A stretch of 40,319 bases of DNA from Anaerolineales bacterium (GTDB lineage Bacteria; Chloroflexota; Anaerolineae; Anaerolineales; JABWBV01): NCBI GenBank assembly GCA_041632295.1, contig JBFKII010000001.1:1-40319 (forward strand). Direction: 5' to 3'. Positions 15,847 through 23,620 of this stretch are shown here, in pieces; position 1 is the first letter of the stretch, and the number at the start of each line of letters is the position of its first letter. A program made the position numbers and the translations under genes. Under the pieces are notes generated by a model, which saw only the letters and a program-made list of their open reading frames with translations, ran no database searches and was not told the origin of the DNA.

Positions 15847-17517
15847 TCAATTTTGGGGCAGGTCGATACAGTTGCCGCTTTCCAGGATAATCGAGTGGTC
15901 ATTGTGGGCGACGAGTGCGCAGATCTGGGTGGCATTCTGCGGCCGGGCGCCCACAGTCAACTGGGTGAAGGGGCTGGGCACATCATACAGGACCCAGGAT
16001 CCGCCACCCGTCGAATCACCAATGCCGTTGACGCCGACCGTGATCGGATCGTAGATGTTCCAGAAGAAATGGATGTGCATGCTGCCGGAAGCCGAGGAGA
16101 TGACCGGCTCGTAATTGAAAGTTTCGTAGGTGACTGCGTAGCTGCCCCCCTGGACCATGATGTCGGAGATGAAAACATAAGGTCCTTCCGGCACGGTAGC
16201 GGTCGGTGTGGGCGTGATTGTCGGCGTTCGGGAAGGAGTAGGGGTTAGAGTAGGGGGCGGGGTGTTCGTGGCCGTTGCTGAGGGCGCCGGAGTATCCGTG
16301 GCCGGGTCGACGATCGCTACGGCCTCGGTGGCGGTCGCCAGGACTTCCTGCGTGCCGTCCCCGCCAGAAAGCAGGCCTGGCAGGAAAATGGCCCCGAGGA
16401 TGATGCAACCCAACAGGAGCAGCGCGGCGGCTCCACCTCCAATCAGCAAAGTGCGGTTGATCCCTTTTCCGGTAGCGGATGGCTGGGGTCGGGAGGCTGG
16501 GGGCGGCTGGGTGGAGGGGGCTTGAGTCTGCGGACTGGCTGCAGGTTGGGCAGGTTCCACGTACGTGCCGGCAGGGGTCGGGGCGGGGGTCTCGACGTAC
16601 GTGCCCTCCGGGGTCGGTGCCTCAACCATCGTGCCTTCCACCATCGTGCCGGCCGGCTGTTCTTCCGTGGCTGGGGCGTCCTTGACGGCCCGCAGTGCGG
16701 CAGCCATTTCGGCCGCGCTCTGGTACCGTTGGGCCGGGTCCTTGGCCAGGGCCCGCTCGATCACCCTTTTGAACCCCGGGTGGGTGCCGGGCGTCAGACT
16801 GAGCACGTCCGGGATGGGGTCATTGAGGTGCATCATCATAATCGTCATGGCTGAGTCCGCTTCGTAGGGCGGCTTGCCGCTGACCATTTCGTACAGCATG
16901 ACCCCGAGGGAGTAGATATCCGCCCGGTGGTCCGGCCTTTCACCGCGGATCTGCTCGGGGGACATGTACAGAGCGGTGCCGACCACCGCGCCGGTGGCAG
17001 TGTGCTGCTTTTCCCCGACGATCTTGACGATCCCGAAGTCCATCAGGACGGGCTCGCCCTGGACGTTGATCATCAGGTTGGCGGGTTTGATATCGCGGTG
17101 GATCAGCCCGCGTTTGTGCGCATAGTCAACCGCATCGCAGGTCTTGGCGATTAAATCCGCGATTTCTGATGGGCTGTGCTTGCGGTTTTGTTCGTTGTAG
17201 CGCCGCAGGCGCTGCTGCAGCGATTCGCCGGGGACAAACTCCAGCACCATGTAATATGTGTCCCCATCGTGGTCGAAATCGTATACCTGGACGATGTTGG
17301 GATGGCGTAGCTGGGCGACTGCCGCGGCCTCGACCTCAAACCGGCGGACAAACTCCCCATCCTTGGACAGGTGCGGATGGATCAGCTTCACGGCCACGAT
17401 CCGCTTGAGATTGGGGTCGTTGGCCTTGTACACCGCAGACATCCCGCCCGAACCGAGCTCCTGCTCGATTTCGTAGCGTTCGTTGAGTTTGTAACCTATC
17501 CAGGAGGGCTGTGCCAT
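15847..17517 (-). CDS. Hanks-type Ser/Thr protein kinase with a TM helix and an uncharacterised ~115-aa ectodomain
   Basis: Kinase motifs GSGGMSAVYKA, VAVKL, HRDIKPANL, DFG and SPEQ. Pro/Thr-rich linker, TM helix aa ~357-383, extracellular C-terminus. AAGGAG lies 6 nt upstream of the ATG. Confidence 0.9.
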   Translation of the reverse strand: MAQPSWIGYKLNERYEIEQELGSGGMSAVYKANDPNLKRIVAVKLIHPHLSKDGEFVRRFEVEAAAVAQLRHPNIVQVYDFDHDGDTYYMVLEFVPGESLQQRLRRYNEQNRKHSPSEIADLIAKTCDAVDYAHKRGLIHRDIKPANLMINVQGEPVLMDFGIVKIVGEKQHTATGAVVGTALYMSPEQIRGERPDHRADIYSLGVMLYEMVSGKPPYEADSAMTIMMMHLNDPIPDVLSLTPGTHPGFKRVIERALAKDPAQRYQSAAEMAAALRAVKDAPATEEQPAGTMVEGTMVEAPTPEGTYVETPAPTPAGTYVEPAQPAASPQTQAPSTQPPPASRPQPSATGKGINRTLLIGGGAAALLLLGCIILGAIFLPGLLSGGDGTQEVLATATEAVAIVDPATDTPAPSATATNTPPPTLTPTPSRTPTITPTPTATVPEGPYVFISDIMVQGGSYAVTYETFNYEPVISSASGSMHIHFFWNIYDPITVGVNGIGDSTGGGSWVLYDVPSPFTQLTVGARPQNATQICALVAHNDHSIILESGNCIDLPQN

Positions 17518-17547
17518 TTCCTGCTCCTTGCTCTCGAATTGGGGCTG

Positions 17548-17576
17548 ATTCTACCCGAACCGGGCGCAGATGCCAC
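17548..17576 (-). promoter_or_regulatory. possible internal promoter for the kinase gene (GTGGCA, 17 nt, TAGAAT)
   Basis: The minus strand reads GTGGCA (17576-17571), a 17-nt spacer, then TAGAAT (17553-17548), in the 63-nt gap upstream of the kinase. Confidence 0.25.
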
Positions 17577-17580
17577 GGGG

Positions 17581-18609
17581 CTATTCCTCGATCAGGAACA
17601 GCCAGGCGTTGTCAAACTGGCAGATGGTGCGGCCGGACTCGCTCAACGCCACAAGGACCACGAAGCCCTTCTCGAACTCCACATCCGCTTCGCGGAAGGC
17701 CTGTTCGCTGGCCCGAAACTGGGCGTTGATCTGTCCCACGATATTGTCGTATTCCGCCTTGGCCGCATCATACGCTTCCTTGGCATCCGGATTGGTTTCG
17801 ATGTCGGGCGGGGGCGTTGGGGCGGGGGGGATGAAGGGCCGCTGGGGAGGGTCGTTGACGTTAAATTGGGCGATCTGGGTGTCGTTCGTGAATAAGGTGA
17901 CGATCGGCCCCCGCATGACCACAGTCATGCGGTTGGTGGTGTCGTTTCGCCAGTCAAAGTTCGGATCCAGGCCGTAGGCGAAAAAATCCTTGTTGTTCAA
18001 TATTTCCCCTTCCACCATGATGGCAAACTGCACCCGGCCGGACCCGCCGCGCGTGGCGATCAGCAGGTATTGGTCAAAAGCTTCCTGGATGCCGTTGTTG
18101 CGCAGGGCGAAGCCGCAGCCCGAGGTGCCGAACTGTGTGTTCCAGGTGATGTCCGCCGACATGACGAAATCGGTCACCACCGTGCCCAGAAACTGGTTGG
18201 CATAATCGTATTGCAAATATCCGTCGATATCGAGCGTCACGGGTGGATGGATCCAGGCCGGACGGCCTTTTTCCGGATCGACACCGTATTTGGGCAGCTC
18301 AGCCAGGATCGGGGCGAACGCCTGCCGGGTCGCTTCGATTTGCTCAGCGGACAGGGCGGCGATCGCTTCTGCAGTGGCCTGGGCGTTCAGCGCTTGCTGG
18401 GTGGCCTGGGCCTCCGCCGTGGCCAGGTTTCCGGCTGTATCGAAACCCTGATCGGGCGACTCGCCAGCCCGGGCGGTGGCGGTCTGGGCGACTTTCAAGG
18501 CCAGTGCCTCTGCAGTGGCTTGTGAATCGCTTTGCCCTCCGCCGCCTAAGCATGCCATGGCGGCCAGCAGAAGTGCCCCTAGGATCCATGCGATCTTTCG
18601 GCCTGCCAT
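17581..18609 (-). CDS. probable lipoprotein with a concanavalin/LamG-like (DUF1080-like) jelly-roll domain and an aromatic-heptad helix
   Basis: The true start is probably ATG 18609 (MAGRKIAWILGALLLAAMAC, signal peptide plus Cys), which overlaps the upstream TGA by 1 nt (TGATG). The core FVMSADITWNTQFGTSGCGFALRN...WRNDTTNRMTVVMRGPIVTLFTND resembles lectin-like jelly rolls. The fold assignment is tentative. Confidence 0.6.
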   Translation of the reverse strand: MAGRKIAWILGALLLAAMACLGGGGQSDSQATAEALALKVAQTATARAGESPDQGFDTAGNLATAEAQATQQALNAQATAEAIAALSAEQIEATRQAFAPILAELPKYGVDPEKGRPAWIHPPVTLDIDGYLQYDYANQFLGTVVTDFVMSADITWNTQFGTSGCGFALRNNGIQEAFDQYLLIATRGGSGRVQFAIMVEGEILNNKDFFAYGLDPNFDWRNDTTNRMTVVMRGPIVTLFTNDTQIAQFNVNDPPQRPFIPPAPTPPPDIETNPDAKEAYDAAKAEYDNIVGQINAQFRASEQAFREADVEFEKGFVVLVALSESGRTICQFDNAWLFLIEE

Positions 18610-21600
18610 CAGTTGTCTTTCCGCTTTTGCATGATCAGAGTGCCGGTCAGAAGTACACCGATGATTAACCCCTGGGCGGCCCAGGTTGAGAGCACACGGC
18701 CGTAGTATTCGCCGGTGTTTCCTTTGTCCACCCAGGCCCAACCGAAGCTGTCCCTGATCTGGTATACAGCCCCCTCGGCAGCGCTGACCGGAATTTCAGC
18801 CGCAGCGGCCGCAGCAAAGCGCTGGAACTCCTGCTCCACGACGGCCTCCTGGTAAGCTGCAAATTCCGCCGCGTAGATATCTGCTTCCGCCTGATAGGCT
18901 TCCAGGTCGGCTTTGTATTGTTCCTGGATACCTTCCACGAGCACCTGGTACTCTTGCAGGGCCGCCAGGTATTCGGCGACGGCGACCGTGTCCGCCTGGT
19001 TTTCAGGCTCGATCGGGGGCGGCGGGACGTCCGGCTCGGGCGGCGGGTCCCGCAGCGGAGCGGGCTCAGGAGGCAGCTCGGTTTCCTCGAACGTCCCCTC
19101 CACGTAGAACTGGCCCATGCCGGGGAAGTGGCAGGCGCTTTGGTCGATGATGTTCAGGCCCATGCAGCTGCATTCCTGGGTGCGCTGTTCCAGGTCCATG
19201 AGGGAGATGGTCTCCGGAGGCAGGTCCCAGCAGGGATCCGCCGCGATGTCCGAGCCCACTCCGGTGATCGCCATGAAGGCTTCGAAGCCCCAGCGAGTCG
19301 AAAACGGCGCGCTGATGAACTCCGGAACCGGAACCAATGCGCCCCCCAGCACGATTTGAGGCAGCATAAAAACGATCACGATCAGCGGTGCGGCATTCGA
19401 GGATGGGGCCAGCGCAGAGGCGAACAACCCCAGCATCATGCCCCCCATGGTCGCCAGGGCCATGCTGATGTACATCAGCACGAATTCGGTCGCGCCTCCG
19501 GGCATGTCGAAGGCGAAATAATGGATACCGATGTACCAGATGGCCTGGTAAAGGGCCAGCAGGCCTGCGACCCAGACCTTGGAGAAAATGTACGGGATGA
19601 TCTTCAGGTTGACCAGCCGCTCCCGCTTGTAGATCTCCCCCTCCTTGACGATCTCTCGCATCTGAGAAATGCCACCCAGCATCACTCCGTAAATGGTGAG
19701 GATAAACAGAGTGATGATGACCGCAAAGGCATCCCCATCCGCCCAGGCGAACGGATCGCGGCCCATCAGGCTGGCCAGCAGGATGTCGAGGGAGCCGATC
19801 ACCGGCGGTGCCAGAAGCATCAGCGCCAGGCTGAAGCGGTCGCGGGTCAGGATTTTCAGGTTGCGCGCCGATAGGATGAAGAACTGGCGCAAGGCGGAGA
19901 CTTGTTTGCGGGCCCGAGAATCGCCCGCAGTGGCCGCCCGCCCGGTTTCCGGCGTTTGCCGCCCCCCCTGCTGCATCATCTGGCTGCGGTCGGCCAGCGG
20001 GGTGGCCACGTAGCGGTTGTATGCCGGGTGGCGCATGTAGCGTTCGGCCCATTCCTGGGGACTGCCCTTTTGGGAATCGTCCAGCAGGGCGTAGATCTCG
20101 TCGAACTCCATCTCCCCGGCGCGCTGGTCGCGCTCGGAACGGTACTGGTTGAAATAGGAGAGCGCTTCATCCGGCGCCCCAAACCAGACCAGGTAGCCGC
20201 CGCGCGCCAGGAAGACCACCTTGTCGGCCAGCATGACGTTCTTGGTGGCATGCGTGATCAAAACGATGGTGCGTCCCTGGTCCGCCAGACGCCGCATGAG
20301 CTGCATCAGGGCGGTCTCCGTTCCAGGATCAAGCCCGGAGGATGGCTCGTCCAGGAAAAATAGCCCGGGTCGCGTCAGCAGCTCCACGCCGATGCTGACG
20401 CGTTTCTGCTGGCCGCCGGAAAGCTGGCTGATGGCCGTGTCCTTCCGGTGGGCGATGTCCAGGTCTTCCAACGTTTCCATCACTCGCTGGTGGCGCTCTG
20501 CCTTGCTGGTGTCCGGCGGCATGCGCAACTGGGCGGAGTAATCCAGGGCTTGAAAAACCGTCAATTCTTTGTGGATGATGTCCTTCTGCGGAACGTAGCC
20601 CAGGTTGTTGCGGATGGCGTCGAAATTCTCGTAAACGTCGATCCCGTTGACGAACACCTTGCCGTGCGTGGCAGGCCGGTAGCCGGCGATCGAGTCCACC
20701 AGGGTGGACTTGCCGCCTCCCGATTGGCCGACGACGACGATGAACTCGCGCGGCTCAAAATTGAGCGATATGTTCTGCAGGATGTTGAGGTCTTTGCGAA
20801 CCCACTTGTTCAGCCCCACGGCCTCGACTTCCAAACTGCCGCTCTCATCGATCTGAGACAGCTCGTCCTCCCCCATGACGAAATTGTAGGAACCGATCCG
20901 CACCGTGTCCTGGGCATTCAGCCACATTTCGCCTTCCACCGGACGGTTGTTGACGAACGTGCCGTTCGAACTGCGCAGATCGCGCACCCGGTAGCGTTTG
21001 CCCACCCTTTCAATCAGGGCGTGGTGCCGGGAAACCTGCGGGATGTCCAGGACGATATCGTTGGTAGGGTCGCGACCGATCTGCAGCACCGACTTTTCTC
21101 CAAAGCGCACCGTTTCCACCCGGCTCAAAGCTTCCGACGGGGCCAGGTAGGTCATGGTGACCATCAGTCCGGGGTCGTTGCTGCCGATGCGGATTTTGGC
21201 GCCGTGGTGCAGGCGGGTCGGCCTGGTGACCGTCGCGCCGTCCAGGAAGGTGGGGTTGCTGGCAGTGGGTTCCACGACCAGGTTGTATCCGCCGTCTTCC
21301 CGCTTTTCCAGCCGCGCGTGGTTGCGCGAGACGATCTTGGACCCGATCACGATATCGTTCCCCTGCTCCCTGCCGATGGTGACCTGCAGCCGGTTCAGGG
21401 GATACGTCTGGGAAGGACCGCCGGCCACGCTGACGGACAGCTCGGATGGTCCGGTCTGGCCGCCGATTTCCCCGATCACGGTCGCGGCTGCCCCGGAGGG
21501 GCCTGGGGGAGGCGGCGCCGGCTTGGGGGGTGGAGGGGGGTCGGCGCTGGGACGGCCGATCGGCCGTGGCGGGGAAGGCATTGCGGGCGAGGCCTCCACC

Positions 21601-21950
21601 CGGGTTCCACCTGCGGCGGAATCGGTCACTTCGGTCGATACGCCGGGCTGCGCCTCGATGCTGCAGACCAGGCGGACATTTTGACCCAGACCGATCTGAT
21701 CGCCGTTGCGCAGGGTGACCGCTTCGCTGATGCGCTGGCCGTTGACGAATGTGCCGTTGGTGCTTTCCAGGTCTTCGATCCGGAGTTTGCCGTCCTGGTA
21801 CAGGAGCCTGGCATGGCGGCTGGAGACGCCGCTCCCGGGGATCAGAAGGTCCGATGGTGCGACGCGCCCGATGATAGTCTCTGGCTGCGTGATTTCAAAT
21901 TCCATCCGGCGAGCAGAGACGCTGTCTAAAATAAGTTTAGGATTGCTCAA
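18609..21950 (-). CDS. triple-FHA-domain ABC transporter (FHA x3, NBD and ABC-2/ABCG-type permease fused), Rv1747-like
   Basis: Three FHA cores (IIGR..SSRHARL..STNGTFVNG; TIGRE..VSRNHARL; IGRD..VSRHHALI..SSNGTFVNN). Walker A GQSGGGKST, signature LSGGQQKR, Walker B LFFLDEPSSGLD. Six predicted TM helices. TTG start at 21950 with GGAAGG upstream. Confidence 0.9.
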   Translation of the reverse strand: MSNPKLILDSVSARRMEFEITQPETIIGRVAPSDLLIPGSGVSSRHARLLYQDGKLRIEDLESTNGTFVNGQRISEAVTLRNGDQIGLGQNVRLVCSIEAQPGVSTEVTDSAAGGTRVEASPAMPSPPRPIGRPSADPPPPPKPAPPPPGPSGAAATVIGEIGGQTGPSELSVSVAGGPSQTYPLNRLQVTIGREQGNDIVIGSKIVSRNHARLEKREDGGYNLVVEPTASNPTFLDGATVTRPTRLHHGAKIRIGSNDPGLMVTMTYLAPSEALSRVETVRFGEKSVLQIGRDPTNDIVLDIPQVSRHHALIERVGKRYRVRDLRSSNGTFVNNRPVEGEMWLNAQDTVRIGSYNFVMGEDELSQIDESGSLEVEAVGLNKWVRKDLNILQNISLNFEPREFIVVVGQSGGGKSTLVDSIAGYRPATHGKVFVNGIDVYENFDAIRNNLGYVPQKDIIHKELTVFQALDYSAQLRMPPDTSKAERHQRVMETLEDLDIAHRKDTAISQLSGGQQKRVSIGVELLTRPGLFFLDEPSSGLDPGTETALMQLMRRLADQGRTIVLITHATKNVMLADKVVFLARGGYLVWFGAPDEALSYFNQYRSERDQRAGEMEFDEIYALLDDSQKGSPQEWAERYMRHPAYNRYVATPLADRSQMMQQGGRQTPETGRAATAGDSRARKQVSALRQFFILSARNLKILTRDRFSLALMLLAPPVIGSLDILLASLMGRDPFAWADGDAFAVIITLFILTIYGVMLGGISQMREIVKEGEIYKRERLVNLKIIPYIFSKVWVAGLLALYQAIWYIGIHYFAFDMPGGATEFVLMYISMALATMGGMMLGLFASALAPSSNAAPLIVIVFMLPQIVLGGALVPVPEFISAPFSTRWGFEAFMAITGVGSDIAADPCWDLPPETISLMDLEQRTQECSCMGLNIIDQSACHFPGMGQFYVEGTFEETELPPEPAPLRDPPPEPDVPPPPIEPENQADTVAVAEYLAALQEYQVLVEGIQEQYKADLEAYQAEADIYAAEFAAYQEAVVEQEFQRFAAAAAAEIPVSAAEGAVYQIRDSFGWAWVDKGNTGEYYGRVLSTWAAQGLIIGVLLTGTLIMQKRKDN

Positions 21951-21992
21951 GGGAAAAACCTTCCTTCATTCTGGAAGTGAAGCATGCTTGAG

Positions 21993-21998
21993 ATTATA
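21993..21998 (-). promoter_or_regulatory. perfect -10 hexamer TATAAT upstream of the FHA-ABC gene
   Basis: TATAAT on the minus strand, 42 nt upstream of the TTG start. No convincing -35. Confidence 0.3.
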
Positions 21999-22043
21999 GC
22001 CCTATTGAATGATTCCCGCTACAAAAGACCGTTTTTCCAATAA

Positions 22044-23303
22044 TCACCGCTCCACCAACCGCACCGGGTCGAATAAGCCTGCCAAACGCGCCCCCCAGCC
22101 AAGCAGGGCCTCGTCCCGGTACCAGGAACCGGTCAGCTGGAGGCCGAGCGGGAGACCTGCAGGGTTCCTCCCGGAAGGGATCGTCAGCGTCGGCAGTCCG
22201 GCCTGGGTCCAGGGCAGGTTCATGACCGGGTTGCCGGTGCTCTCCAGCCCGAGTGGGGCTGCTCCTGGAGCAGAAGGGGAGATCCACAGGTCAATGCCTT
22301 CGCTTTCCATGACCGTTACCAGGTCCTGCCGGAATTGGGAGATTTCCAACCGGGCGGCGGACAGTTCCTCGTCAGAAATTTGGGATCCGGTTTCGATCAG
22401 TTCGGCAGTTTTCGGGTGGTAGCGGGCGTGATGCTGTTCGAACCATTCCCGGTGGGTGCGGGCGGCCTCGGCAGCCACCACCAGGTTGTGGCGGGAAACT
22501 ACCCGATCAAAATCTGCAAACATCGGCACCTCTCGGACCGCAAAACCCGCCGATTCCAGCCGCTGCCGGTCCTTCTCAAATTGGGCTTGACCCTCTTCAT
22601 CCGACCGGAGAAGATAGGGCCCTGCAGGTACGCCCAGGACGGGTCCGGTCTTTGCCTCGCCCGGCCGCCAGTCACGGCATAGGATGGAAGCCAGATTGGA
22701 GAGGGTTTCGAAGTCTGCGGAAAGCAGCCCGACATGGTCCAGCGAAACCGACAGGGGGATGACCCCCTGTGTGGAAATGCGATCCCGGCTGGGCTTGAAC
22801 CCGAACACCCCACAAAAAGCCGCGGGCCGGTTGATCGAGCCGATCGTCTGGGTGCCCAGCGCCGCATCGCACAGACCGGCCGCGGCTGCAGCCGCCGAGC
22901 CGCTGGATGAGCCGCCCGGGGTGTGCCCGGGGTTGTGTGGGTTGCGAGTCGGACCCGGCCCGAAATAGGCAAATTCAGTCGTTACGGTTTTTCCGACGAT
23001 CAAAGCGCCCGCATGGCGCAAAAGGCGGACGGATTCGGCCTGAGGTCCGTGCAAGAGTTCCGGGGGCAACCGGCTGCCTGCCCGGGTCGGAAACCCGTCC
23101 ACGTGAAAAATATCCTTGACACCGACCAGACTTCCGTACAGGGGCGGCCGGGAATCCGGGGAAGGGTAGGTCTCCGCCAGCGTTCGGGCCTCGCGCCGCA
23201 GGCGCGAAAAGCGCCCGTTTTCAGGAGCGTAGGCATGGATCTCCCCTTCAAAGATGTGAAAGCGGCGCTCGAGCTCGTCGATTTTGGAGGACAGGTCTGT
23301 CAT
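22044..23303 (-). CDS. amidase-signature (AS) family amidase
   Basis: VGVKD (catalytic Lys) and GGSSSGSAAAAAAG (Ser-cisSer). 419 aa, so shorter than GatA. Confidence 0.85.
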   Translation of the reverse strand: MTDLSSKIDELERRFHIFEGEIHAYAPENGRFSRLRREARTLAETYPSPDSRPPLYGSLVGVKDIFHVDGFPTRAGSRLPPELLHGPQAESVRLLRHAGALIVGKTVTTEFAYFGPGPTRNPHNPGHTPGGSSSGSAAAAAAGLCDAALGTQTIGSINRPAAFCGVFGFKPSRDRISTQGVIPLSVSLDHVGLLSADFETLSNLASILCRDWRPGEAKTGPVLGVPAGPYLLRSDEEGQAQFEKDRQRLESAGFAVREVPMFADFDRVVSRHNLVVAAEAARTHREWFEQHHARYHPKTAELIETGSQISDEELSAARLEISQFRQDLVTVMESEGIDLWISPSAPGAAPLGLESTGNPVMNLPWTQAGLPTLTIPSGRNPAGLPLGLQLTGSWYRDEALLGWGARLAGLFDPVRLVER

Positions 23304-23364
23304 GGTTTTGAGGCTTTCCTCAGCGGACTCTAATACGAAATAAGCCTGGGGGCAAGTCGCACCA

Positions 23365-23374
23365 GGGCGACCGT
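23365..23374. repeat. target-site duplication, left copy (GGGCGACCGT)
   Basis: Identical 10-mer at 23552-23561, directly abutting the other end of the element. Confidence 0.8.
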
Positions 23375-23551
23375 CATGGCTTTCTCAAAGTCGCGAAACC
23401 TGGCGGAAAACGCTGGTTGAACGTGCCCTGAGTGCAATCGAAGGGCCTGTCGAGACCCAGTTTTCCGCCTTTCTCGGTTTCGATACGGCTGCTTCGCGGC
23501 CTACTCGACCAGCGAAAGGCTCTTTTGTCAACGGACTTTGAGAACGCCTTG
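23375..23551 (-). mobile_element. MITE-like non-autonomous element, copy A (177 bp, 18-bp imperfect TIRs)
   Basis: TIRs are CATGGCTTTCTCAAAGTC (23375-23392) and the reverse complement of 23534-23551 (CAAGGCGTTCTCAAAGTC), matching 16/18. Flanked by a perfect 10-bp direct repeat. The interior is self-complementary. About 90% identical to the reverse complement of 28219-28417. Confidence 0.8.
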
Positions 23552-23561
23552 GGGCGACCGT
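23552..23561. repeat. target-site duplication, right copy (GGGCGACCGT)
   Basis: Identical to 23365-23374. Confidence 0.8.
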
Positions 23562-23620
23562 AAGTTTGAAAAGAGTGGGATCGTCAAAAAAAGACCCCGA
23601 AACCGAACGAGGACCTGCAC

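Noticed and set aside
18610-18741. N-terminal 44-aa extension of the lipoprotein ORF (MGLGGQRKHRRILRP...).
   Set aside because: The extension overlaps the 3' end of the FHA-ABC gene and is Arg/His-rich. The internal ATG at 18609 gives a canonical signal peptide plus Cys and forms a TGATG stop/start junction.
20448-21929. 493-aa plus-strand ORF, with similar long ORFs at 11961-13028, 14734-15651, 18918-19874, 26848-27684, 31786-32856 and 23584-24399.
   Set aside because: Each lies antisense to, or out of frame with, a gene carrying unmistakable family motifs (FHA/ABC, YigZ, CNNM, DinB, S9 peptidase, DUF3179). Their translations are Arg/Gly/Pro/Ala-rich low-complexity sequence. These are typical shadow ORFs in high-GC DNA.
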